DNA of 41,622 nucleotides, from NCBI GenBank assembly GCA_015486615.1, contig WFRI01000017.1:1-41622 (forward strand). Reading direction: 5' to 3'. The DNA is from Candidatus Omnitrophota bacterium. GTDB lineage: Bacteria > Omnitrophota > Gorgyraeia > Duberdicusellales > Duberdicusellaceae. The notes beneath the pieces were generated by a model. The model saw nothing but the letters and a program-made list of their open reading frames with translations, was not told where the DNA came from and did not search any database. Shown one piece after another: positions 1 to 7,795 of this stretch. The first letter of the stretch is position 1, and each line of letters begins with the position of its first letter. Made by a program: the position numbers and the translations under genes.

Positions 1-62
1 GTTATTGCTTGAACGTCCAACGTCCAACGTCGAACGTCCAAGGTCGTAAGTCCAAAAGATGC
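1..62 (+). repeat. Truncated copy of intergenic repeat A (3' part) plus 7-nt tandem array
   Basis: 1-35 is identical to 182-216 (gttattgcttgaacgtccaacgtccaacgtcgaac); ccaaggtcgtaagtccaa at 38-55 recurs at 6443-6460. Confidence 0.85.
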
Positions 63-71
63 AGGCCTAAA

Positions 72-140
72 GCAACTTTTTAAGACAGTCTTGTTTTGTT
101 GCATTTGCAACTTTTTAAGACTGTCTTATTTCGTTGCAAA
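72..140. repeat. Two tandem copies (period 35) of a 31-bp nested dyad GCAAC-N5-AAGAC-W-GTCTT-N5-GTTGC
   Basis: gcaactttttaagacagtcttgttttgttgc (72-102) and gcaactttttaagactgtcttatttcgttgc (107-137). Confidence 0.85.
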
Positions 141-201
141 CCAATCCCGGCATTGCCTTTCGTTGAGATATACCCTGTGCCGTTATTGCTTGAACGTCCA
201 A
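141..201 (+). repeat. Intergenic repeat A, copy 1 (61 bp)
   Basis: 53/61 identical to 6379-6439 by manual alignment; imperfect hairpin caat-cc-cggca...tgccg-tt-attg. Confidence 0.9.
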
Positions 202-295
202 CGTCCAACGTCGAACTTTCAACATACGGCATTTTTTCAACGTCCAGCGTCTAACGTCCTGGACTTTGGACCTTGGACTTTGGACTTTCGACATT
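193..295. repeat. 7-nt tandem arrays in inverted orientation: (aacgtcc)n then (ggacYtt)n
   Basis: aacgtcc-like units at 193-216 and 239-259, followed by ggacttt ggacctt ggacttt ggacttt at 261-288. Confidence 0.8.
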
Positions 296-317
296 CCTAA
301 TAGCCTGAGGCCTAAAG

Positions 318-1358
318 TCAAAGAAGGCTTTTAGCCAAATCAAAAACCTCGCCGGCAGAAATATTCTGAAGGCATAAAAAGCCTTTTTGGCATTTATGCG
401 CCAAACATTCAACACATTCAGCAGGAGGTTTATGGATAAAAAAAGACTTGTCTCCCAAAGGCCGCCAGCGCCGGGGAGAAAGGCCTTTTTGATTGCGGCT
501 AAAAATTGCCACAACCGGCACATCTAACGCCGAAGCAATATGCACCAGGCCGGAATCATTAGATACAAAAAGGCTCAATTTAGAAATTAAGGCAATTACT
601 TTGTCAAGGCTAAGTCTGCCGGCCAGATCAAAAAAACTAAAATCTGCACTTTTTTTAAACCTGTCTGCAATCCATCTTTCCTGCTCAGAACCAAAAATAA
701 TTATTTCTACGGCAAATCTATCTTTCAACATTCTGGCCGTCTCAGCAAACTTTTCAGCCGGCCAAACTTTTGAGGAACAACTTGCGCCTATGCCTAAACC
801 TACAAGCCGGCTGCCGGCAAGTTTGTTATCCAAAACAAACCTTTCAGCCCAAGATAAACTTGCTTCTGCAGGAACAAGCGTCAATTTATCAACAAATATT
901 TTCAACCCGGCTTCCCGTAAAACCTGCAAAGTATAATCCCGCTCGTGTATTGTGCCGTTTTGCTTTAAATGTTTTATCTTATGTGTAAGCAGAAACCCCA
1001 TCTTCCTGTTCCAGCCAATTCTTACTGGAATACCTGCAAAAAAAGTCATTAAATTAACCCTGTTAGTAGGATGAAGTATAAACGCAACGTCAAATTCCTT
1101 CTTTCTAATCTGCCGGGCAAAACGCATTGACTGCCAGAAACTATTCTGCCTGCCGTATTTGTCATAAATAATTACTTCGTCTAAAAAAGGGTTGTTCTCT
1201 ACTATTGGCTTGTCGTATGGCCGGGTAAGAAAAGCAATATAACTATCAGGAAAATTAAGCCGGATATTTTCTATCGCCGGAGTAGAAAGCACAACATCGC
1301 CTATTCTGTCAGTACGGGTTATTAATATCCTTCTTATCTTTTTTTTATCTAACTGCAT
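318..1358 (-). CDS. Glycosyltransferase family 9 (LPS heptosyltransferase-like)
   Basis: RTDRIGDVVLSTP N-terminal motif, KVWP, SNDSGLVHIASALDVPVVAIF, C-terminal Cys cluster. Confidence 0.9.
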   Translation of the reverse strand: MQLDKKKIRRILITRTDRIGDVVLSTPAIENIRLNFPDSYIAFLTRPYDKPIVENNPFLDEVIIYDKYGRQNSFWQSMRFARQIRKKEFDVAFILHPTNRVNLMTFFAGIPVRIGWNRKMGFLLTHKIKHLKQNGTIHERDYTLQVLREAGLKIFVDKLTLVPAEASLSWAERFVLDNKLAGSRLVGLGIGASCSSKVWPAEKFAETARMLKDRFAVEIIIFGSEQERWIADRFKKSADFSFFDLAGRLSLDKVIALISKLSLFVSNDSGLVHIASALDVPVVAIFSRNQKGLSPRRWRPLGDKSFFIHKPPAECVECLAHKCQKGFLCLQNISAGEVFDLAKSLL

Positions 1359-2266
1359 ATCTCTTTAACTGCTTTAATTACCTCCTGCGCAGGTATTTGC
1401 GTAAGGCATTTATTTTCGCCCAGTCGGCAAGAACCTGCCTGACAGGGAACGCAGGCAATATTATTGGTCAAAACTATATTCTCCCGGCTGAAAGGCCCGT
1501 ATAATTCAGGCGAAGTAGGCCCAAAGACAGCAACAATCCGAGCATTTACGTAGCTGGCAATATGCAGAGGAGCACTGTCCACAGCCAATACTGCCAGGCC
1601 GTAATATTTAAAAAGATAAAACAAATCTTCCAGATTAGTCTGGCCGGCAAGGTTTATTGTAATATCCGCAGAACTTATCCCATCATCAGGCCCGCCGATT
1701 AAAACAGACTTGAAACTTTCCTTTAATCCCGTTAAAACTTCCACAAGTTTATGCTCCGGAAAAGATTTAATTCGGGAACGGGAAAAAGGACAGACAAATA
1801 TATACTTATCCCGGCCTAAAAGGCTTGTAAAATATTGCCTTCTCTGCAGAGATATACGCGGATACACCAGGGTATCAGGATTTAACCCCTGGCATATTTT
1901 CCCCGCTATATCCAGATAATAATCTTTTTTATGCTTTTTTTCAGGCCTTAAGCGGATAAAGGAAGTCCTCTTTTTGGGAAAGCACAAATAAGAATAAGCC
2001 GTATTTTTAAAATCAGCAATAACCTCAAACTGGCCTAAAAACCTGCGCCATAAGCCTATTTTCTGTCTTAAAGAAGATTTTTTCCGGTAAATAAACACTT
2101 CTCTAAACAAAGGGAAACTCTTTACAAACCTTTCAGCAGACGGAGAAGATAAAGCCGAGAAATCATAAGCGGCAAAATTTGCGGCAACCAGCGACAAAGC
2201 AGGAAGGCAAAGAATAATATCGCCGGCATTAGAAGGAAAGATGATTAAAACTTTCTTCCTTTTCAC
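1349..2266 (-). CDS. Glycosyltransferase family 9, divergent
   Basis: GDIILCLP, VDSAPLHIASYVNARIVAVFGPTSPELYGP, CVPC...C..C tail; overlaps both neighbours. Confidence 0.85.
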   Translation of the reverse strand: MKRKKVLIIFPSNAGDIILCLPALSLVAANFAAYDFSALSSPSAERFVKSFPLFREVFIYRKKSSLRQKIGLWRRFLGQFEVIADFKNTAYSYLCFPKKRTSFIRLRPEKKHKKDYYLDIAGKICQGLNPDTLVYPRISLQRRQYFTSLLGRDKYIFVCPFSRSRIKSFPEHKLVEVLTGLKESFKSVLIGGPDDGISSADITINLAGQTNLEDLFYLFKYYGLAVLAVDSAPLHIASYVNARIVAVFGPTSPELYGPFSRENIVLTNNIACVPCQAGSCRLGENKCLTQIPAQEVIKAVKEICS

Positions 2267-3267
2267 AAGTCAAACACCTCTTTAATTTTCCCAAAAACCT
2301 CTTCGGGAAGAACTCCTTTCATACAAAAATTATCCCGGCATTCTAAGTTAAGGCAGGGCCTTGGACAAGGCACATCTTTTTGTATAATTATTTTCTCTCC
2401 CCTGCCTCTTGGGCCGGTTAAACTGGCAAGCGTCGGGCCAAACACAGCCAAAACCCTGCCTCCGGCGGAATTGCAGATATGCATAGCCCCTGTATCTGCA
2501 GAAACAAAAATCCCGGCATTAGAAGATATAGCGGCAAACTCGCTAATAGTAGTTCTGCCGCATAAATTTAACGGCTTATGCCGGCATTCGCAAACAATTC
2601 TTTCGGCTGCTCTTTTGTCAACTTTACTGCCGGTAATAAAAACCATAAAGCCGTATTCCATCAACATATCACAAAGCCTAATATAATATTCAACCGGCCA
2701 TTTCTTCAACTTCCAATTAGCGCCGGGATGCAGAACAACAACGCCTTTATAACTCCGGAAGCGCCGCAAGAGTCTTCGAGCCTTATTCAAATCTTCCTGC
2801 GGAATAAAAACCTCACTGGTTTTAGAATCCGGTTTTATGCCCAAAACTTCAAGAAAAAACAAATATTTATCCATACGGTGAAAATCCGGATTTATTACCA
2901 GTTTGTAAGTAAGCAAAAAATTGGTCTTCTTCCGGGCATAGCCTGCCAGAATTTTAATCCCAGCCAAACGGCACAGCAAAGCGCGGGTAAAAGATCTTTG
3001 CAGCAGCAAAGCAGTATCTATGTGTTTCTTCTTCAGCATCCTGATGAAATTTAATCTGGCAAAAAATCCCCGGTGAGAACTTCTCTCGTCAAACTCCAAT
3101 ATTTCATCAACAAACGGGTTATAAGACAAAACCGGCTTTACCCGGGGATGAACCTGGACAAGAATACGCGCAGAAGGAAATTTTTCTTTTATATTTCTAA
3201 ACAGCGGGGTTGCCAAGACAACATCCCCCAGCCAATTAGGGACAACCACCAGGAAGGTTTTATACAT
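2263..3267 (-). CDS. waaF: LPS heptosyltransferase II-like (GT9)
   Basis: PNWLGDVVLATP, HPGANWKLKKWP, DTGAMH, FGPT motifs; start taken at ATG 3267 (MYKTFLVV) rather than TTG 3312. Confidence 0.8.
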   Translation of the reverse strand: MYKTFLVVVPNWLGDVVLATPLFRNIKEKFPSARILVQVHPRVKPVLSYNPFVDEILEFDERSSHRGFFARLNFIRMLKKKHIDTALLLQRSFTRALLCRLAGIKILAGYARKKTNFLLTYKLVINPDFHRMDKYLFFLEVLGIKPDSKTSEVFIPQEDLNKARRLLRRFRSYKGVVVLHPGANWKLKKWPVEYYIRLCDMLMEYGFMVFITGSKVDKRAAERIVCECRHKPLNLCGRTTISEFAAISSNAGIFVSADTGAMHICNSAGGRVLAVFGPTLASLTGPRGRGEKIIIQKDVPCPRPCLNLECRDNFCMKGVLPEEVFGKIKEVFDL

Positions 3268-3582
3268 AGCATAATGATTACAAAATTGTCCCGGCAGACG
3301 CCAATTTACCAAGAATTTTCAAAGCCTGTTTTTTTATCTTCTGCCGGCAGATTCTTTTCAACAACCGCCGCACTTAAAAAATACCTGACTTTTCTAATCC
3401 GGCTTATTATAAAATACGCAGCTGCCGATTAATCATCATTATGATACAAAAAAATAAATATTCAAGAGAATTATCCGCCTTTTGCTTACTGTTAAAGAAA
3501 CGCTGACGCACTCTGTAGAAAATGCCCAATGTCTAAAAAGTGTGTTCCGAGGCGGGTGCCGGCAAGAAAACGGCTGTTAGAT

Positions 3583-3610
3583 TTGCTATTTTTCCCTGCT
3601 GGCGTATAAT
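3583..3610 (+). promoter_or_regulatory. Sigma70-type promoter, probably giving a leaderless mRNA
   Basis: TTGCTA (3583-3588), 16 bp, TATAAT (3605-3610); ATG follows 6 nt later with no Shine-Dalgarno. Confidence 0.6.
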
Positions 3611-3616
3611 TACTCT

Positions 3617-4567
3617 ATGCAGAAAGCGATTTATAGACTGCCTGCGGATTTTATAGAAAGGCTAAAAAATATTTACCCAAAACAGCACATAGGAGTCTTA
3701 AATAGTTTCCTATATAAAAAAGAGCCATGCTTTAGGGCTAATTTAATAAAGACAACCCTTCCGGATTTCATCCGGCAGATAAAGAATGAAAACATACGTT
3801 ATCAAAGAATCCCATGGTATAAAGAAATATTTATTTTAAAACATCCTGCTCAAAAAGAATTTCAGAAAAGCAAAGTATTCCTTAATGGCTTAGCTTACCT
3901 GCAAAACCCCTCCAGTGCCCTGCCTGCATTTATACTTTCGCCTAAGCAGGGCGAAAAGATATTAGACCTCTGCGCCGCACCAGGAAGCAAAACTTCTCAA
4001 ATAGCATCTTTAACTCAAGGCAATGCAGAAATTATTGCCGTGGAAAAAATAAAGCCCCGCTTTTACAAACTCTTAGCCAACCTTAAAATATTGGGAATAA
4101 CCAATGTAAAAACTATTCTAACTGACGGGGAGTTTATCTGGAAAAAATACCCTGAATATTTTGACAAAGTCTTAGTAGATGCTCCCTGCAGCAGCGAAGC
4201 CCAATTTATGGTTAATTTCCCGAAAACTTTCTCCTATTGGTCAAAACGTAAAATAAAAGAACAACAAAGAAAACAAAAAAAGTTGATATTCTCCGGGATA
4301 AAATCCCTAAAACCCGGCGGGATACTAATATATTCCACCTGCACTTTCAGCCCGGAAGAAAACGAAGAGGTAATAAATTGGGCCTTGATGAAATTTGAAG
4401 GGAAAATATCTTTGCGGGAAATAAAAATTCCTGTTAAAAACAATACCAGCGGTCTGACTCAATGGCAGGGAAAAGAATTTTCTCCACAGATGGTTTTTAC
4501 TAAACGCATTCTGCCTGATAATATTATGGAAGGCTTTTTTATCGCAAAACTGAAGAAGATAAACTAA
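3617..4567 (+). CDS. RsmB/RsmF/NOL1/NOP2-family m5C RNA methyltransferase
   Basis: LDLCAAPGSKT SAM motif, VDAPCS and YSTCTFSPEENE catalytic Cys motifs; no NusB-like domain. Confidence 0.92.
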   Translation: MQKAIYRLPADFIERLKNIYPKQHIGVLNSFLYKKEPCFRANLIKTTLPDFIRQIKNENIRYQRIPWYKEIFILKHPAQKEFQKSKVFLNGLAYLQNPSSALPAFILSPKQGEKILDLCAAPGSKTSQIASLTQGNAEIIAVEKIKPRFYKLLANLKILGITNVKTILTDGEFIWKKYPEYFDKVLVDAPCSSEAQFMVNFPKTFSYWSKRKIKEQQRKQKKLIFSGIKSLKPGGILIYSTCTFSPEENEEVINWALMKFEGKISLREIKIPVKNNTSGLTQWQGKEFSPQMVFTKRILPDNIMEGFFIAKLKKIN

Positions 4568-4657
4568 TATTATATTTTCTGCAGGATAATTTCCGCCCGC
4601 CTAAAGATTACTTTTCCGCCGGCATCGCTGCCGTAAAGGTGTACGATTATATATTTG

Positions 4658-5390
4658 TCAACTAATCTCATATCTTTTTAGTTTAGCCAGAAACGCAAGC
4701 CTGGACAAAACAAACAGCATAACTGCCGCGGGACAAAAACTGACTTTGCTATGTTCGTCGTTAAGCCACCTTACCGGCTGCTCTTTAATCCTCAATCTTT
4801 TCACTTTGCTCTCAGCAAAACTTCCAAATCAAAGGCAAAACCTCTAACCTGCAAACTTTCAAAAATATCCCGGCAGGCATCTCTTCTAAAAAACTTAAAT
4901 CCGCATTGGGGAATCTTTAAAATCCGGAATTAACAACGGCCTTGCCAAAACATTAAAAAAACTTCCCAAGATACTCCCTGACAAAAGGCCGGCGTTTTAG
5001 CAGCTGCGCACCTTTTACTGCCCGGGAAGCAATAATAATATCAAAACTGCCTCTGCTCCCTAAGAATTTCCCTAACTCGTCAATAGGCATAGACAAATCC
5101 GCGCCCGTAAACAGAACATATTCTCCCTGTGATTCCAAAAAGCCCCTTTTGACTGCCGAATCTTTACCCTGATTAGCCTGTTTTACCAACCGCAGGCTGG
5201 CTCAAATCTGCTTAAATTTCTCAACCACCTCAACTGTTTTATCCTTAGAGCCATCGTCAACAACAATTACTTCAAAAGAAAAGTCTGTGCTTCGGAAAAA
5301 TTCGCTGATTCTTCCTAAAGTTCTGCCTATTCTATTCTCTTCCATTCTCTTCTCTTCATTATAAGCAGGAATAATTATAGATAAAAACAT
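4658..5390 (-). pseudogene. Decayed GT2 dolichyl-phosphate beta-glucosyltransferase-like gene
   Basis: SIIIPAYNEEKR...VVDDGSKD, in-frame TGA at 5202-5204, NQGK...FTGADLS, then frameshifted segments NVLARPLLIPDFKDS / QCGFKFFRR...GFAFDLEVLLRAK / IKEQPVRW...SKV ending at TGA 4658-4660. Confidence 0.85.
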
Positions 5391-5465
5391 CTGCTTATAT
5401 TTATTCTAAAACTTCCTTATTATCAACTTAATAGCCTCGTCCTTAACCTTGATTTTAACTCATCC

Positions 5466-6305
5466 TCATCCAACTGCCAGCAGAAAACTGACAAATTTAA
5501 TAAAATAATTCAGACAAGTAAGTACTGCGAAAACCGGATTTCTCCTTTGTAAAATATCGTCTAAGAGATCGCTTCTGCATTCCAGAATCAAACTTTTCAG
5601 CAAATTTCCAGCCTTGCCCCGGGATATCAAGTTGTGTTTTAACTGGGCTTTATATCCCCAATAATACCACTTAAACATATTTTTCACCAAAGAAGGAAAA
5701 CTGTCCCGGCGCAAATGTCTGGCTTTAGCCAAAGGTGTATATTTTAAAATCCGGCTCTGCTGATTCAGCCTTATGCCTATTTCCACATCTTCGGCGTTGG
5801 TAAGAAAACCTTCGTCAAAACCGCCGGCAGCAATTAAAACTTCCCTGCGGTAAGAACATACTGCACCAGACAGCATAGGCAGTCTTTCCCACACGGAATC
5901 CCCGAAATTCTGCCTCAAATAAATGTTCCTCCACCTCCCGATTAGATAAGATCCGTCATCATCCAGCCGGCCTCCTACCCCGCTGGTTTCCGGGCCGTAA
6001 GCAAACAGTATATTCCTGATAAAATTCTTGTCTAAAACAACATCCGCATCCACAAAAACTATTATTTCTCCTTCAGCCTGTTTTACTCCAAGATTACGGG
6101 CAAAAGCAACACCCTTATTTTCAGAGATACGAATGATTTTTACTCCTTCGATATCTTCTACTGCCGGAGACAAACCATCATCTACAATAATAATTTCCAA
6201 AACAGGCACTGACTGGTTTCTCAAAGAATCTATTGCTAAGCGCAAAGTCCTGCGGCAATTAAAACAGGGAATAATCACGCTCACTCTATTGTTTGTGTTT
6301 GCCAT
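5466..6305 (-). CDS. Glycosyltransferase family 2
   Basis: VSVIIPCFN, IIVDDG, ARNLG, FVDAD (DxD), GGFDE..AEDVE motifs. Confidence 0.9.
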   Translation of the reverse strand: MANTNNRVSVIIPCFNCRRTLRLAIDSLRNQSVPVLEIIIVDDGLSPAVEDIEGVKIIRISENKGVAFARNLGVKQAEGEIIVFVDADVVLDKNFIRNILFAYGPETSGVGGRLDDDGSYLIGRWRNIYLRQNFGDSVWERLPMLSGAVCSYRREVLIAAGGFDEGFLTNAEDVEIGIRLNQQSRILKYTPLAKARHLRRDSFPSLVKNMFKWYYWGYKAQLKHNLISRGKAGNLLKSLILECRSDLLDDILQRRNPVFAVLTCLNYFIKFVSFLLAVG

Positions 6306-6378
6306 AAAATAATTTTACCCCTAAAATTCTTTTGATTCTTTGCTTTACCTGAGAAATCTTCCCAGATACAATTAAGAC

Positions 6379-6439
6379 CCAATCCCGGCATTGCCTTGCG
6401 TCGAGCCGGACCCTGTGCCGCTATTGCTTGAATGTCCAA
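6379..6439 (+). repeat. Intergenic repeat A, copy 2, followed by a 7-nt array to about 6483
   Basis: ccaatcccggcattgccttgcgtcgagccggaccctgtgccgctattgcttgaatgtccaa; 58/61 identical to 31378-31438. Confidence 0.92.
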
Positions 6440-6510
6440 CGCCCAAGGTCGTAAGTCCAATACCCAATGTTGTAAGTCTAAAATGCAACCTTTGACATTC
6501 GACATTTATA

Positions 6511-6536
6511 TAGCCAGTGCTTTTTTTGACGGCAGA
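6511..6536 (+). repeat. Intergenic repeat B, 3' half
   Basis: tagccagtgctttttttgacggcaga resembles the reverse complement of 10523-10544 (tagccagtgcttttttagcaga). Confidence 0.7.
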
Positions 6537-7550
6537 CTAAATTATAAACATAGAATCCCCATAGGAATAAAACCGATATTTACGGGTTATAGCCTGCCGG
6601 TAAATATCCAGAAGTTTTTGCCGGCCTAAAAAAGACGCAGTTAAAACAAAAGGTGAAGACTTAGGAAGATGGAAATTAGTAATAAAACTGCTTATTATCC
6701 GGAATTTAAACCCCGGAGTAATAAATAACTCCGTAAACCCCTGCAAAGGCAGAACTCTGCCAGCCTGCCAGCTGCTTTCTAATGCCCTGACTACTGATGT
6801 GCCCACTCCAATTATCCGGCGTCCTTGCTTTTTGGCTGAATTTACAGCACGGGAAGTTTCTCGAGGGATAGAAAAAGATTCCGGGCCCATCTGATGTTTT
6901 AGAATATTTTCCTGCCTTATAGGCTTAAATGTGGGATAGCCTATATGCAGGGTAATAAAAAATATTTCCACTCCTTTATCTTTTAGCCGGCTTAAAATCT
7001 CCGGGGTAAAATGCAAACCTGCAGTAGGAGCGGCTATCGAGCCTTTTATCTGCGCGTAAACTGTCTGATATCTTTGGCTGTCTTCTTTCTGAGGTTTTCT
7101 TTTTATATAAGGAGGAAGAGGCATATTGCCGATATTTTCTATATCTGCATCAGTTAATTCTTTATTAAAAACTATAATATTATATCTGCCGGTTTCTTTA
7201 ACATAAGCATTTATTCCCCGGCCGAAGTCAAGTCTGCCGGCAGGTTTTACTTTCTTTTTAGGCCTTAGCAATACCTCAAATTCGCGCCTGCTTATTTTTC
7301 TGACAAGAAAAACTTCTATTGCTGAGCCTTTCTCATTTTCTGCCCACAGCCGGGCCTTGAATACTTTGGTATTATTAAGCACCAAAACATCGCCGCTGTT
7401 TAGAAAATCCGGCAAACTTGAAAAATAGGTATGGATTATTTGGGAATTTCCGCGGTTATAAACTAACAGCCTGCTTTCTGCCCGGTTTTCCGCAGGATAT
7501 TGGGCAATAAGTTCTCTGGGAAGACAGAAATCAAAATCTTTTAACTGCAT
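6537..7550 (-). CDS. queA: S-adenosylmethionine:tRNA ribosyltransferase-isomerase
   Basis: LPRELIAQYP, PLPPYIKR, YQTVYA, AAPTAGLHFT, TNFHLPKS, YRFYSYGD. Confidence 0.97.
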   Translation of the reverse strand: MQLKDFDFCLPRELIAQYPAENRAESRLLVYNRGNSQIIHTYFSSLPDFLNSGDVLVLNNTKVFKARLWAENEKGSAIEVFLVRKISRREFEVLLRPKKKVKPAGRLDFGRGINAYVKETGRYNIIVFNKELTDADIENIGNMPLPPYIKRKPQKEDSQRYQTVYAQIKGSIAAPTAGLHFTPEILSRLKDKGVEIFFITLHIGYPTFKPIRQENILKHQMGPESFSIPRETSRAVNSAKKQGRRIIGVGTSVVRALESSWQAGRVLPLQGFTELFITPGFKFRIISSFITNFHLPKSSPFVLTASFLGRQKLLDIYRQAITRKYRFYSYGDSMFII

Positions 7551-7551
7551 T

Positions 7552-7785
7552 TTACCTGCGAAAAAATATAGACAGGATCAGGCTTAGAATAAGGCTTAAA
7601 ATAATTCCTGTAGTAAAAGGAAAGTAAAATGTGAAATTCTCCTTTTTTACCAGTATATCTCCGGGAAGCCGGCCTAAAAAAGGAACTTTACCTTTGCTTA
7701 GCAACAATAAAACTAACCCCAAAAGACATATCACCGCGCCGCTAAATATAAGGAGTTTTGCTAAATAGGTTATCTCTCTACTCAT
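7552..7785 (-). CDS. DUF2905 family small membrane protein
   Basis: GRLPGDI...FTFYFPFTT signature, two hydrophobic segments, usual ruvB-queA position. Confidence 0.85.
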   Translation of the reverse strand: MSREITYLAKLLIFSGAVICLLGLVLLLLSKGKVPFLGRLPGDILVKKENFTFYFPFTTGIILSLILSLILSIFFRR

Positions 7786-7795
7786 TTTTAACTTT

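Noticed and set aside
72-140. Possible CRISPR array (palindromic ~31-37 bp repeats ending GTTGCAAA)
   Set aside because: Only two units separated by 4 bp, no spacers and no cas genes in the window.
115-321. ORFs 115-321(-), 91-300(+), 6281-6505(-), 6432-6629(+) and 31324-31602(+) sharing peptides such as QAIAAQG...RKAMPGL
   Set aside because: The shared peptide is just repeat A translated. The rest is low-complexity translation of 6-/7-nt arrays (SKVQSP, LNLNLN), with inconsistent starts and stops between copies.
4570-4669. 33-codon minus-strand ORF (MRLVDKYIIVHLYG...) after the pseudogene
   Set aside because: Too short, with no recognisable motif or RBS; cannot be supported as a gene.
5202-5204. 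In-frame TGA as selenocysteine or recoded stop
   Set aside because: The same gene has several frameshifts and motif losses, and TGA ends normal genes here (e.g. scpA, purA, rnfC), so it is pseudogene decay.
6379-6439. Repeat A as a c-di-GMP-I riboswitch or integron attC site
   Set aside because: GCACAGGG and GACGCAA recall the GEMM motif, but the GGCAAACC-GAAA P2 arm and P3 are missing. There are no RYYYAAC/GTTRRRY ends and no integrase.
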